Assembly (NCBI GenBank): GCA_963771355.1
Contig: CAVYTA010000004.1
Span: 64,001-128,000, forward strand
From: an uncultured Candidatus Rokubacteria bacterium
GTDB taxonomy: Bacteria; Methylomirabilota; Methylomirabilia; Rokubacteriales; CSP1-6
Direction of reading: 5' to 3'
Length of the DNA stretch: 64,000 nucleotides
Part shown: one piece after another, positions 9,982 to 19,429 of the stretch
Layout: the number at the start of each line of letters is the position of its first letter
Position numbering within the stretch: the first letter of the stretch is position 1
Notes under the pieces: model-generated
Database searches by the model: none
What the model was told of the DNA's origin: nothing
Seen by the model: only the letters and a program-made list of their open reading frames with translations
Program-made: the position numbers and the translations under genes

Positions 9982-11122
9982 CGGGCGCGAGGGTTCGGTG
10001 GGCCCGGTGTTGGTGCGCCCGACCACGGGGGCGCTCCTGAAGTACTTCCTCTACCTGGGGAGCCTCGGGTTCGGGGGGCCGGTGGCGCTGGTGGGGTACA
10101 TGCAGCGCGACCTCGTGGAGCGGCGGCAGTGGTTCACCAAGGAGGAGTACATGAAGTCGCTGGCCCTGGCGCAGCTCGCGCCCGGCCCGCTGGCGGCGCA
10201 GGTCGCCATCTGCCTCGGCTACATCCACTCGCGCGTGGCCGGGGCCACCTGGGTGTCGCTCGCGTTCATCCTCCCGTCGTTCGTCATGACGCTGGCCATC
10301 AGCTGGCTCTACGTCCGCTTCGGAGGGCTTCCCTGGATGCAGGCGGCCTTCTACGGGGTGGGCGCGGTGGTGATCGGGATCATCGTGGTGGCCGCCGGCA
10401 AGCTCGCGAGGCTCACCCTGGCCAAGGCCAGGCTCCAGTGGGCGATCTTCGCGGCGATGGCCGTCGTCACCGCGTGGACCGAGTCCGAGTTCCTCCTGCT
10501 CTTCCTGCTCTCGGGGGTGGTGGTGATGGTGGCTCAGGCCCCCCCGGCGTGGCTCAAGCGCTCGGCGCCCGCGTGCCTGGCGGTGGCGGTGACGCCCGAG
10601 CTGCTCGCGCAGATCCTGTGGTTCTTCACCAAGGCGGGGGCCTTCGTGTTCGGCAGCGGGCTCGCCATCGTGCCGTTCCTCCACGCGGGCGTGGTGCAGG
10701 AGCTCGGCTGGCTGAACGACAAGCAGTTCCTCGATGCGGTGGCCGTCGCCATGCTGACGCCCGGCCCTGTCGTCATCACGGTGGCGTTCATCGGCTACCT
10801 GGTGGCGAGCGTGCCCGGGGCCGTGGCCGCCTCGATCGGCGTGTTCCTTCCCGTGTATCTCTTCGTCGTCATCCCGTTTCCCTTCTTCGATCGGATCAGC
10901 GCCAACCCCAAGGTGGGAGCATTCGTGGCCGGGGTCACGGCGGCGGCCTCCGGCACCATCGCGGGCGCCTGCTTCGTGCTCGCGCGGCGGGCCATCATCG
11001 ACGTGCCGACGCTGCTCATCGCCCTCGCCGCCCTCGGGGTGTCGCTCCGCTTCAAGATTCCGGAACCCCTGCTCATCGCGGCCGGTGCCGCGGCGGGCGT
11101 CATCATCGTTTCCCTTCGCTGA
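9974..11122 (+). CDS. chrA: Chromate efflux transporter (CHR family, two-domain long chain)
   Basis: LGFGGP, LAQLAPGP, FGSG, LTPGP motifs. Confidence 0.92.
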   Translation: MIDGREGSVGPVLVRPTTGALLKYFLYLGSLGFGGPVALVGYMQRDLVERRQWFTKEEYMKSLALAQLAPGPLAAQVAICLGYIHSRVAGATWVSLAFILPSFVMTLAISWLYVRFGGLPWMQAAFYGVGAVVIGIIVVAAGKLARLTLAKARLQWAIFAAMAVVTAWTESEFLLLFLLSGVVVMVAQAPPAWLKRSAPACLAVAVTPELLAQILWFFTKAGAFVFGSGLAIVPFLHAGVVQELGWLNDKQFLDAVAVAMLTPGPVVITVAFIGYLVASVPGAVAASIGVFLPVYLFVVIPFPFFDRISANPKVGAFVAGVTAAASGTIAGACFVLARRAIIDVPTLLIALAALGVSLRFKIPEPLLIAAGAAAGVIIVSLR

Positions 11123-11133
11123 GGAGGATCACC

Positions 11134-11955
11134 ATGAAATGGATCACTCGTGAACGCGCCCGTGTCGACCGCATCGCCTGCCCCTGGCTCATCCGCCGCT
11201 TCATCGACCCCCGGCCGGAGTTCCTCTTCGTCCCCGCGGGACAGGTGATGGCGGTCGCCACGCGCGAAGGCGCGATCCCCTATGACGTGCCCAACGTCGA
11301 GCTCGGCCACCAGGGCCCGCAGTGCTCGTTCGACGCGTTCATTGCGCGCTACGAGCTGAACGATGCGGCGCTGACGAGGCTGGCGGTGATCGTGCGGGGC
11401 GCCGACACCGACGACCGCCGGCTCACCCCCGAGTCCGCGGGGCTCTATGCCGCCGCCACCGGGTTCCAGGCCATCAGTCGGGATGACGCGGACAACATGG
11501 CGCATCAGTTCCCCCTGTACGACGCGCTCTACGCGTTCGCCCGCCTGGAGACGCCCGAGGTCCCGCCGCGGTCGCGCGTGCTCTTCGTCTGTCTCCACGG
11601 TGCCGCCAAGAGCGTGATCGCGGCCGCGCACTTCCGCCGGCTGGCGGCGGCCCGCGGGCTCGCCATCGACGCGGTGGCCGCGGGCACGGAGCCCGATGGA
11701 GAGCTGGCGCCGGGAGCGGTGAAGGGGCTGGCCGGGGACGGGCTTCGCGCGGCGCCGGCGCGGCCGCGCCCGGTCACCCTGCACGACCTGGATCGCGCCA
11801 TCCGGGTGGTGGGCTTCGGCTGCGAGGTCACGCCGACCCACGGTCAGCCGCTGGAGCAGTGGGACGTGCCGGCGGTGAGCGACGGGTACGAGGCGGCGCG
11901 CGACCGCATCGTCGCGAACGTGGAGCGGCTCGTGGCCGGGCTCGGCGGCGGCTGA
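11134..11955 (+). CDS. ChrF-like (ChrB C-terminal domain) protein fused to an LMW-PTP/ArsC-fold domain
   Basis: GAGGAGG SD; MKWITRERARVDRIACPWLIRRFID...YDALYAF followed by RVLFVCLHGAAKSVIAAAHF...AGTEP...WDVP. Confidence 0.85.
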   Translation: MKWITRERARVDRIACPWLIRRFIDPRPEFLFVPAGQVMAVATREGAIPYDVPNVELGHQGPQCSFDAFIARYELNDAALTRLAVIVRGADTDDRRLTPESAGLYAAATGFQAISRDDADNMAHQFPLYDALYAFARLETPEVPPRSRVLFVCLHGAAKSVIAAAHFRRLAAARGLAIDAVAAGTEPDGELAPGAVKGLAGDGLRAAPARPRPVTLHDLDRAIRVVGFGCEVTPTHGQPLEQWDVPAVSDGYEAARDRIVANVERLVAGLGGG

Positions 11956-11973
11956 GGCGCGCCGGAAGCTCCG

Positions 11974-12609
11974 CTACGCGAAGGGGTCGTCGTCCGCCTG
12001 CTCGTGCCAGACGTATTCCATGTTGCGAGCGGTGGCGATGGCCATGTCGCGGCCGTGGAGGCGCGCGATGAGGGCCAGCGCCATATCGGTGCCCGCCGAC
12101 ACCCCCGAAGATGTGATGAGATCACCGTCGTCCACCCAGCGCGCCTTGCGCTTCCACAGCACCTTGGGTCCCTGCGGCACCACCCAGTCCCAGGCGATCT
12201 TGTTGCTGGTGGCGGGGCGGCCGTCCATGAGGCCGGTGCGCGCGAGGAGCGCCGAGCCCGTGCAGACGGTGGCGGTCACGGACGCCTTCTCGCTCGCCGC
12301 CCGGAGGCGCCCGAGGAAGGCTGCATTCGTCACCTCGTCACGGGTGCCGGGACCCCCGGGGACGAGGAGGATGTCGAAGGGCGGGGCGTCGTCGAACGTG
12401 TAGTCCGCGTGGGTGGACGGACCCTGGGCGCCCTTGATGGGGCCCCGGCGCTCCGCGACCGTGAACACCTCGAAGAACTGGCGCTGGGTCCCATCGGGCC
12501 GCGTCACACGGCAGGATCCGAAGGCCTGCACGGGCCCGTACATGTCGAGGACGGTGAAGCCGTCGAACAGCACCACCGCCACGCGCTTGACTGCGGGAGT
12601 CTCGGTCAT
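11974..12609 (-). CDS. DJ-1/PfpI family protein
   Basis: FTVLDMYGP, VPGGPG, VCTGS, SGVSAGTD. Confidence 0.9.
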   Translation of the reverse strand: MTETPAVKRVAVVLFDGFTVLDMYGPVQAFGSCRVTRPDGTQRQFFEVFTVAERRGPIKGAQGPSTHADYTFDDAPPFDILLVPGGPGTRDEVTNAAFLGRLRAASEKASVTATVCTGSALLARTGLMDGRPATSNKIAWDWVVPQGPKVLWKRKARWVDDGDLITSSGVSAGTDMALALIARLHGRDMAIATARNMEYVWHEQADDDPFA

Positions 12610-12622
12610 GGCTGCCTCCTGA

Positions 12623-13273
12623 TCAGGTCGTGGGCGCGGCCGCCGCGCGGGCGAGCACGCGGCGGGCGCGCTCGAGAGCCTCCGCGGGCGCGGTGGCGGG
12701 CGAGCCGGCCCGGTACGGCGGCTCGGGGTCGTATTCGATCATGAGCTGGATGGTCTGCGCCACCGAGTCACCGGCGACGAGCGCGGCCAGGCGGAGGGCC
12801 ATGTCGATGCCCGCCGACACGCCCGCCGCCGTCATCACGCGGCCGTCGCGGACCACGCGCTCGCGCATGGGCCGGGCGCCGAACGTCGCCAGCGTGTCCA
12901 GCGCGCCCCAGTGGGTGGTGGCCTGGAGGCCGCGGAGCAAGCCCGCCGCGCCCAGGATGAGCGCCCCCGTGCAGACGGACGTGGTCCAGGTCGTGGTCCG
13001 ATGCGCGGCGGTCAGCCAGTCGAGCACGCGCGGGTCCCCGGCGGCCGGCCGGACGTCCAGGGCGCCCGGCACCACCACGATGTCGGGCCGCGGCACCGCG
13101 TCGAGGCTGTGATCGGCGACGAGCGCGACGCCCGCGTCGGAGCGCTTCGGTCCCGGCTCGGCGGCGACCCACTTGACGGTGGCGCCGGGCAGGGCGGACA
13201 GGACCTGCATGGGTCCGACCGCGTCCAGCGCGGTGAACCCGTCGTAGATCAACACGGCGATCTGGATTGTCAT
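12623..13273 (-). CDS. DJ-1/PfpI family protein (isonitrile hydratase-like)
   Basis: FTALDAVGP, SVCTGA, ATTHW, AGVSAGID, EYDPEPP. Confidence 0.9.
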   Translation of the reverse strand: MTIQIAVLIYDGFTALDAVGPMQVLSALPGATVKWVAAEPGPKRSDAGVALVADHSLDAVPRPDIVVVPGALDVRPAAGDPRVLDWLTAAHRTTTWTTSVCTGALILGAAGLLRGLQATTHWGALDTLATFGARPMRERVVRDGRVMTAAGVSAGIDMALRLAALVAGDSVAQTIQLMIEYDPEPPYRAGSPATAPAEALERARRVLARAAAAPTT

Positions 13274-13368
13274 GCCCCGAGAGTGACCCAGCCACAGGCC
13301 GGCCGCAATGCCGAACACGGACGAATCCGCCCGGACTTGGCCCCGCCATTCCGTACTAGAATCGGGCC

Positions 13369-14211
13369 ATGAAGGAAGCTTGGGAGGAAGGTGCCACCCC
13401 CTCGTCTTCCATATCCGCTCGCCTCGCCTCCGGCAGCGGCTCGCCAGATGACGTATCCGCTCGCCTTGCCTCCGGCAGCGGCTCGCCAGATGACGTATCC
13501 GCTCGCCTCGCCTCCGGCAGCGGCTCGCCAGACTATGCCCACCAGTTCAACCCGCCGTGGGCGCTGGATCCTGCCCGGGTGGCCCTGGTGGTGGTGGACA
13601 TGCAGTACGCCAGCGCTTCGCGTCGCGAGGGGCTGGGCCGTCTCCTCAAGGACCGGGGAGAAGAGTCGCTGGGCGCGTACCGCTTCGACCGGATCGAGAA
13701 CGTGGTGGTGCCTACCATCCAGCGCCTGCTCGCCGGCTTCCGCGCGCGCGGGCTGCGCGTGGTCTATCTGACCGTGGGCTCGACGCTCCCCGACTTCAGC
13801 GACCTCCTCCCGCACATGCGGCCCTTCGCGGAAAGCATCGGTAACACGGAGGGGCGGCGCGAGCACGAGATCCTCGACGATCTCGCCCCGCGCCCCGGTG
13901 AGGCCGTCCTGAACAAGACCACCATGAGCGCCTTCCACTCCTCGGGCTTCGAGCGCCTGATGCGGTCCTGGGGGGTGTCGCAGCTCTGCTTCACCGGCGT
14001 GTCCACCAACTCGTGCGTGGAGGGCACCGCGCGGGACGCCGCCGACCGCGGCTTCCAGGCGCTGCTCGTCGAGGACGGCTGCGGGGCGGCCAGCCCGCGA
14101 CTCCACGAGGCCACCTGCGAGAACTTCCAGCGCCTGCTCGGGCGGGTGGCGTCGAGCACCGACGTCCTCGTGGAGCTCGGCGCCGCCTCCGCCCGCACTC
14201 CGTCTCTCTGA
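13369..14211 (+). CDS. Isochorismatase/cysteine hydrolase family protein with an N-terminal repeat insert
   Basis: [35 protein letters not shown]. Confidence 0.88.
   Translation: MKEAWEEGATPSSSISARLASGSGSPDDVSARLASGSGSPDDVSARLASGSGSPDYAHQFNPPWALDPARVALVVVDMQYASASRREGLGRLLKDRGEESLGAYRFDRIENVVVPTIQRLLAGFRARGLRVVYLTVGSTLPDFSDLLPHMRPFAESIGNTEGRREHEILDDLAPRPGEAVLNKTTMSAFHSSGFERLMRSWGVSQLCFTGVSTNSCVEGTARDAADRGFQALLVEDGCGAASPRLHEATCENFQRLLGRVASSTDVLVELGAASARTPSL
13412..13532 (+). repeat. Tandem 42-bp repeat, about 2.9 copies, in frame
   Basis: TATCCGCTCGCCT(C/T)GCCTCCGGCAGCGGCTCGCCAGATGACG at 13412, 13454 and 13496 (partial). Confidence 0.95.
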
Positions 14212-14237
14212 TCCGTCGCGTTCGCGAGGAGGATCCC

Positions 14238-14690
14238 ATGGCCGGCAAGCTGTTCGAGGAGCTCGCGACGGGGCAGGTGTTCCAGCACCAGCCCGGCCGC
14301 ACCGTCACCGAGGCGGACAATGTCTTCTTCTCCTGCCTCACCATGAACCCGCAGCCCTTGCATGTCGACTTCCACGCCGCGCAGCAGGCGGAGTTCGGCA
14401 AGCCGCTGGTCAATAGCCTCTTCACCCTGGGCGTGGCGGTGGGGCTCAGCGTGGGCGACACCACGCTGGGCACCACCGTGGGTAACCTCGGCTTCGAGAA
14501 GGTGGAGTTTCCCAAGCCCGTGTTCCACGGCGACACCATCTACTCCGAGACCGAGGTAGTGGAGAAGCGCGAGTCGAAGTCGCGCCCGGCGTGGGGCATC
14601 GTGATCTTCGAGCACCGGGCCCGGAACCAGCACGGCGACCTCGTCATGCGCTGCCGCCGCGCGGCCATGATGCGGCGGCGGGGCGCCTGA
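14238..14690 (+). CDS. MaoC family dehydratase
   Basis: [35 protein letters not shown]. Confidence 0.9.
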   Translation: MAGKLFEELATGQVFQHQPGRTVTEADNVFFSCLTMNPQPLHVDFHAAQQAEFGKPLVNSLFTLGVAVGLSVGDTTLGTTVGNLGFEKVEFPKPVFHGDTIYSETEVVEKRESKSRPAWGIVIFEHRARNQHGDLVMRCRRAAMMRRRGA

Positions 14691-14705
14691 GAGCGGGGCG
14701 GGACC

Positions 14706-15590
14706 ATGCGGCGCTCGCTGCACTTCGTCCCGGGCGGCAATGAGCGGATGCTGGCCAAGGCGCTCACGCTGCCCGCCGACGGCCTCATCCTCGACCTCGA
14801 GGACGCGGTGACGCCCGACAAGAAGGCGGCCACCCGGCCCATCGTGCGGCAGTGGCTGGAAAGCCGGGACTTCGGGCCTCGCGAGCGCTGGGTGCGCATG
14901 AATCCCATCTACTCCGAGTACGGCGAGACCGACCTGGAGGAGACCATCGCCGGCCGGCCGCACGGGTACGTGGTGCCGAAGCCGCGGCACGCGGGCGACA
15001 TCCGCCGCATCGCGGCGGTGCTGGAGCGACTCGAGCAGCGTCACGGGCTGCCGTGGGGCTCGACGCGGCTGGTGCTCATCGCCACCGAGACGCCGGAAGG
15101 CCTGCTCAATATCCGCGAGGTGGCGGCGGCGAGCCCCCGCATCGCGGCGGTGTCCTGGGGCATCGAGGACCTGTCCGCGGCCATGGGGCTGCCGCGTACC
15201 CGGGACGCGGAGGGCCGCTATCTCGACATTCCGCGGTACGCGCGCGTGATGTGCGCGGTGGCGGCGGCGGCGGCAGGCGTGGAGGCGCTCGACACCGTGT
15301 ACACCGACCTCGCCGACCTGGAGGGCCTGCGCCGCGAGTGCCAGGAGGGGATGTGGATGGGCTTTTCCGGGAAGATATCCATCCATCCCAGCCAGATCGA
15401 GGTGATAAACTCCGTGTTCACACCCTCCAAGGCGGACGCCGAGGAAGCGGTGGCGCTGATCGCGGCCTTCGAGGAGCATGCGCGCCGCGGCGCCGGGGCC
15501 TTCGCCTGGAAGGGGCAGATGATGGACATGCCGCACCTCACGCGCGCGCGGAAGATCGTGGAGCGCGCCCGCCACGCCGGGGTGATCTGA
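14706..15590 (+). CDS. CitE/malyl-CoA lyase-like (HpcH/HpaI aldolase-citrate lyase family)
   Basis: RRSLHFVPG, LDLEDAV, GKISIHPSQI. Confidence 0.9.
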   Translation: MRRSLHFVPGGNERMLAKALTLPADGLILDLEDAVTPDKKAATRPIVRQWLESRDFGPRERWVRMNPIYSEYGETDLEETIAGRPHGYVVPKPRHAGDIRRIAAVLERLEQRHGLPWGSTRLVLIATETPEGLLNIREVAAASPRIAAVSWGIEDLSAAMGLPRTRDAEGRYLDIPRYARVMCAVAAAAAGVEALDTVYTDLADLEGLRRECQEGMWMGFSGKISIHPSQIEVINSVFTPSKADAEEAVALIAAFEEHARRGAGAFAWKGQMMDMPHLTRARKIVERARHAGVI

Positions 15591-17198
15591 GTGGCCGGAC
15601 GCCGCGCCGCCGCGGTCGCCGTGCTCCTGCTCGCGGCCGCGGTGGTGTTCGCCCTCCCGGTGGGCCGCCGGCCCCTCTTCAACCAGGACGAGGTCCGCTA
15701 CGCCATGCTCGCGCGCGAGGTGGTGGACCACTCGCGCTGGGTCCTGCCCCACGTGCGCGGCGAGGTGTATCTCAACAAGCCGCCCCTGTTCTTCTGGGCG
15801 GTCGCCCTCGTGTCGTTGCCCGCGGGCGGGGTCTCGGACACCACCGCCCCGCTGGTCTCGGTGGTGTCCGCCCTCGCCGGACTGCTCGGGGTGCTCGCCA
15901 TCGGGCGCCGGCTGTGGGGCTTTTCCGCCGGCTTTGGGGCGGCGCTGATTCTCGCCACCGCGCCCTTCTACTTCTTCATGGCCCACCAGGTCCTCACCGA
16001 CATGATGCTGACGGCGTGGCTGACGTGGGCGCTGTACTTCTACCTGCGCGCCACCGCGCCGGGCGGGGGCGCGGGGGCGCTGCTCGGCTTCTATCTCTGC
16101 GTGGCGGGCGCGCTCGGCAGCAAGGGCCCGGTGGCACTCCTCGCCCTCGCCGCCGCCATCGCGGCCACGCTGGCCACCGACGGCCGCGCCGGCCTGCGGG
16201 CCCTGCGGCTGCCGGCGGGGATCGGCCTCATCGCGCCTCACCACCTTGCCCTGGCTCCTGCCGTATGTCCTCCAGACCGAGAAGAGCTATGCCCGCTCCG
16301 TCCTCCTGACCGATTACCTCACCTGGTACTTCCGCTCCGGCGGCGACTCGCGGCTGGTGGGACTGGGCAACTATCTCGGTGGCTTTCTCCCCTGGACGCT
16401 GTTCCTGGGCCCGGCGGTGTGGTGGTGGCGCGTCGCCCCCGACCGCGGACGGCGCCGCTTGCTCGCGTGGGGCACGGTGTTCGTGGTGGCGGTGGCCATC
16501 TCCGGGGCTCAGCGCTCGCGTTACTTCCTGCCCGTGCTGCCCGTGCTCGCGCTCCTCGTGGCCGAGTTCCTCGTTCGCGCCCCCGCCGCGCTCGGCGCGC
16601 CCGCCGCCGCGCCCTCGCCGTGGTGGCGGGGGTAATCGCGGTGGGCACCGCGCTGGGCGCCGCGGTGCTGATGCTGCTGCCCGAGCTCACCGGCGCCCCC
16701 AGCCACAACCTCATCTATGTGCCGGCGCCGGGCCCCGAGCGCTGGCTGGTGGCCGCCCTCGCCCTGGCGGGCGCGGGCACCGCGCTCGTCGCGGCCCTGC
16801 GCGGGGCCGGCGGCCTGGCGGTGACCCTGCGGCTGGCCACCGCGTTGCTCGCCGTGCTCGCGGTGGAGGCGGCGACGTACCCGGCCCGCTACGCCCACTG
16901 GTACGACGTGCGGAGCTTCGTCGAGCGCGTGCGGAAGGAGCGCCCCGCCGGGGGCGTCGTGCTCGCGTATCCCGACGCCAGTCTCGCCTACGATTTCTAC
17001 CTGCGCGGCGCCATCCAGGAGATGCCGCAGCCCGAGGCGGTGCGGGCCTTGGTGGGCCGCCAGTCGCCGAAGGGCGTCCTGCTGATCCGCGAGGAGCGCT
17101 GGACCGCGCTCCAGGTCGGAGCGGATCCCTCGTGGCGGGAAATGGCCTCGGTGACGGTGGCCGGCCGGCGGATCCTCCTGGTCGGCAACGGACACTGA
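15591..17198 (+). CDS. ArnT/GT-C (GT39/83-like) membrane glycosyltransferase, with two compensating frameshifts (~16236, ~16600)
   Basis: DEVRYAMLAREV, YLNKPPLFFW, SKGP; the middle segment (PW..RSRYFLPVLP) lies in the 16246 frame. Confidence 0.8.
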   Translation: MAGRRAAAVAVLLLAAAVVFALPVGRRPLFNQDEVRYAMLAREVVDHSRWVLPHVRGEVYLNKPPLFFWAVALVSLPAGGVSDTTAPLVSVVSALAGLLGVLAIGRRLWGFSAGFGAALILATAPFYFFMAHQVLTDMMLTAWLTWALYFYLRATAPGGGAGALLGFYLCVAGALGSKGPVALLALAAAIAATLATDGRAGLRALRLPAGIGLIAPHHLALAPAVCPPDREELCPLRPPDRLPHLVLPLRRRLAAGGTGQLSRWLSPLDAVPGPGGVVVARRPRPRTAPLARVGHGVRGGGGHLRGSALALLPARAARARAPRGRVPRSRPRRARRARRRALAVVAGVIAVGTALGAAVLMLLPELTGAPSHNLIYVPAPGPERWLVAALALAGAGTALVAALRGAGGLAVTLRLATALLAVLAVEAATYPARYAHWYDVRSFVERVRKERPAGGVVLAYPDASLAYDFYLRGAIQEMPQPEAVRALVGRQSPKGVLLIREERWTALQVGADPSWREMASVTVAGRRILLVGNGH

Positions 17199-17201
17199 TT
17201 C

Positions 17202-17230
17202 TTGACACGTCTCCGTAAGTCTGCTAAAAA
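17202..17230 (+). promoter_or_regulatory. sigma70-type promoter of ABC operon 2
   Basis: TTGACA-N17-TAAAAA with TGn extension. Confidence 0.6.
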
Positions 17231-17290
17231 ACACGCTAATTCGAGATGTTCTCCGCCGTCTGCCGCAAAAACTCCAGTGGGAGGTTCACC

Positions 17291-18475
17291 ATGACAAGGC
17301 TGTCTTGGAAAACCGCCGCCGCGGCCTCGGTGGTCGCCGCCGTCATGGCGGGGGCCCTGCCCGCCGCCGCCCAAACGCCGATCAAGATCGGCGCGTCCCT
17401 GTCGCTGACCGGCACCTACGCCAAGCTCGGGTCCTATCAGAAGGAGGGCTACGAGCTCTGCACCCAGGAAGCCAACGACAAGGGCGGGGTGCTCGGACGC
17501 AAGATCGAGTTCGTCGTCTACGACGATCAGTCCACCCCCACCACCGGCCAGCGCCTGTACGAGAAGCTCATCACCGAGGACAAGGTGGACGCGGTGATGG
17601 GGCCCTATTCGTCGCCCATCTCCGAGGCGGTGGCCAACGTGACCGAGAAGTACAAGAAGGTGATGGTCTCGCCGCTCGCCGCGACCACCTCGATCTTCAA
17701 GAAGGGCCGCAAGTACATCTTCATGGTGATCTCGCCCGCCGAGGTCTACCTCGAGGGCTTGGTGGACATGGCGGCCAAGCGCGGTCTCAAGACCATCGCC
17801 ATCGTCAACGAAGACACGTTGTTCACCAAGACCTCCGCGATCGGGGCGGTGGAGATGGCCAAGAAGCGGGGCATGCAGGTCGTCTTCCAAGAGGCCTATC
17901 CCAAGGGGAACACCGACTTCTCGGCGCTCCTCACCAAGGTCAAGGCGGCCAATCCCGACGTGATCGCCGCGTCGACCTACTTCGACGACGCGGTGGCGTT
18001 GACCCGTCAGATGAAGGAGTTGAACGTCAACCCCAAGATGTACGCGGTCACCGTCGGCGGCGACCTTCCGGAATTCTACGACCTGCTCAAGCAGAACGCG
18101 GAGTACATCTATGGCGCGACGCAGTGGGAGCATACCCTGCCCTACCCGGGGCAGAAGGAGTTCTTCACCGCCTACAAGACCAAGTTCAACCGGGAGCCCG
18201 TCTACCACTCGGCGGCGGGCTATGCCGGCTGCGTGATCTACCTCGAGGCGGTGAAGCGCGCGGGCTCGCTGGACTCCGACAAGGTGCGCGAGACTCTGCT
18301 CAAGATGGAGCTGAAGACGGTCTTCGGTGACTACAAGGTCGACCCAGACGGCTTTCAGGTCGCGCACAAGATGGTCATGCTCCAGTGGCAGGACGGCAAG
18401 AAGGTGACCGTCTGGCCCGACGAGCTCGCCACCGGCAAGGTCCGCTTCCCGATGCCGCCGTGGAACCAGCGGTAA
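17291..18475 (+). CDS. Liv-type ABC substrate-binding protein
   Basis: GGAGG SD; signal peptide ending AAA-Q; IKIGASLSLTG; GGVLGRKIE. Confidence 0.93.
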   Translation: MTRLSWKTAAAASVVAAVMAGALPAAAQTPIKIGASLSLTGTYAKLGSYQKEGYELCTQEANDKGGVLGRKIEFVVYDDQSTPTTGQRLYEKLITEDKVDAVMGPYSSPISEAVANVTEKYKKVMVSPLAATTSIFKKGRKYIFMVISPAEVYLEGLVDMAAKRGLKTIAIVNEDTLFTKTSAIGAVEMAKKRGMQVVFQEAYPKGNTDFSALLTKVKAANPDVIAASTYFDDAVALTRQMKELNVNPKMYAVTVGGDLPEFYDLLKQNAEYIYGATQWEHTLPYPGQKEFFTAYKTKFNREPVYHSAAGYAGCVIYLEAVKRAGSLDSDKVRETLLKMELKTVFGDYKVDPDGFQVAHKMVMLQWQDGKKVTVWPDELATGKVRFPMPPWNQR

Positions 18476-18501
18476 CCGAGTGCCCGTGACGCGAGCCGCG
18501 A

Positions 18502-18527
18502 GCGCCCGCCGGAGCTCCGGCGGGCGC
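18502..18527. other. Perfect 26-bp palindrome after the SBP gene (mRNA-stabilising or attenuating hairpin)
   Basis: GCGCCCGCCGGAGCTCCGGCGGGCGC. Confidence 0.6.
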
Positions 18528-18550
18528 CCGCACGCGGCCGCCGGCCCGGC

Positions 18551-19429
18551 ATGACGCCCCACATCACCCCGGTCATGCTGGGCCAGGTGATCGTGTCCGG
18601 TCTCCTCGCCGGTGCTCTCTACGCCATGGTCGCGCTCGGCCTCGGGCTGATCTTCGGGGTCATGCGCGTCCTCAACGTGGCCCATGGGCCGCTCCTCATG
18701 CTCGGGGCCTACATCACGTACTGGCTCTTCAACGCGGTCGGGCTGAACCCGTATCTCTCGCTCCTCGTCTCGATGCCGGTGGTGTTCGTGATCGGCGTCG
18801 CCCTCCAGCACTTTCTCGTGCGGCGGGTGGTGGACGCACCCGAGCTGTCCTCGCTGCTCCTGACCTTCGGGATCTCCATCGCCCTGGTGAACTTCGCCCA
18901 GATCGCCTTCACCTCCGACCTGCGTTCGGTGGAGTTCATCACCGGCTCGTTCCTCATCGGGCCCTTCGCGTTCTCGAAGGCGCGCGTCATCGCGTGCCTG
19001 TTCGCGGCGGCGATCACCGCGCTCGCCTTCCTGTTCCTCCAGAAGACGCGACTGGGCAAGGCCATCCGCGCGGTGTCCCAGAGCCGGGAGGTGGCCCAGG
19101 TCTGCGGCATCAATGTCCACCGCATCCACCTGCTGGCCTTCGGGCTGGCCTCCGCCCTGGCCGCCGCCGGCGGCACCCTGATGACCGTGATGGTGGCGAT
19201 CCAGCCGGAGATGGGAGCCGTCTACACCTTCAAGTCCTTCCTCGTCATCGTGCTGGGCGGGGCCGGGAACTATCCGGGCGCGCTGCTGGGCGGTCTCCTG
19301 CTCGGGCTGGTGGAACAGCTCGCCTCCCTCTTCCTCACCACCCAGGTCAACGAGGCGGTGGCCTACGTGCTGCTGGTGCTCGTCCTTCTGCTCCGGCCCA
19401 CCGGGCTCCTGGGCGGGCGCTCGACGTGA
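18551..19429 (+). CDS. livH: ABC permease (LivH-like)
   Basis: LGLGLIFGVMRVLNVAHG. Confidence 0.9.
   Translation: MTPHITPVMLGQVIVSGLLAGALYAMVALGLGLIFGVMRVLNVAHGPLLMLGAYITYWLFNAVGLNPYLSLLVSMPVVFVIGVALQHFLVRRVVDAPELSSLLLTFGISIALVNFAQIAFTSDLRSVEFITGSFLIGPFAFSKARVIACLFAAAITALAFLFLQKTRLGKAIRAVSQSREVAQVCGINVHRIHLLAFGLASALAAAGGTLMTVMVAIQPEMGAVYTFKSFLVIVLGGAGNYPGALLGGLLLGLVEQLASLFLTTQVNEAVAYVLLVLVLLLRPTGLLGGRST

Noticed and set aside
13412..13532. 42-bp repeats as a mini CRISPR array
   Set aside because: The units are directly adjacent with no unique spacers and lie in frame in a CDS.
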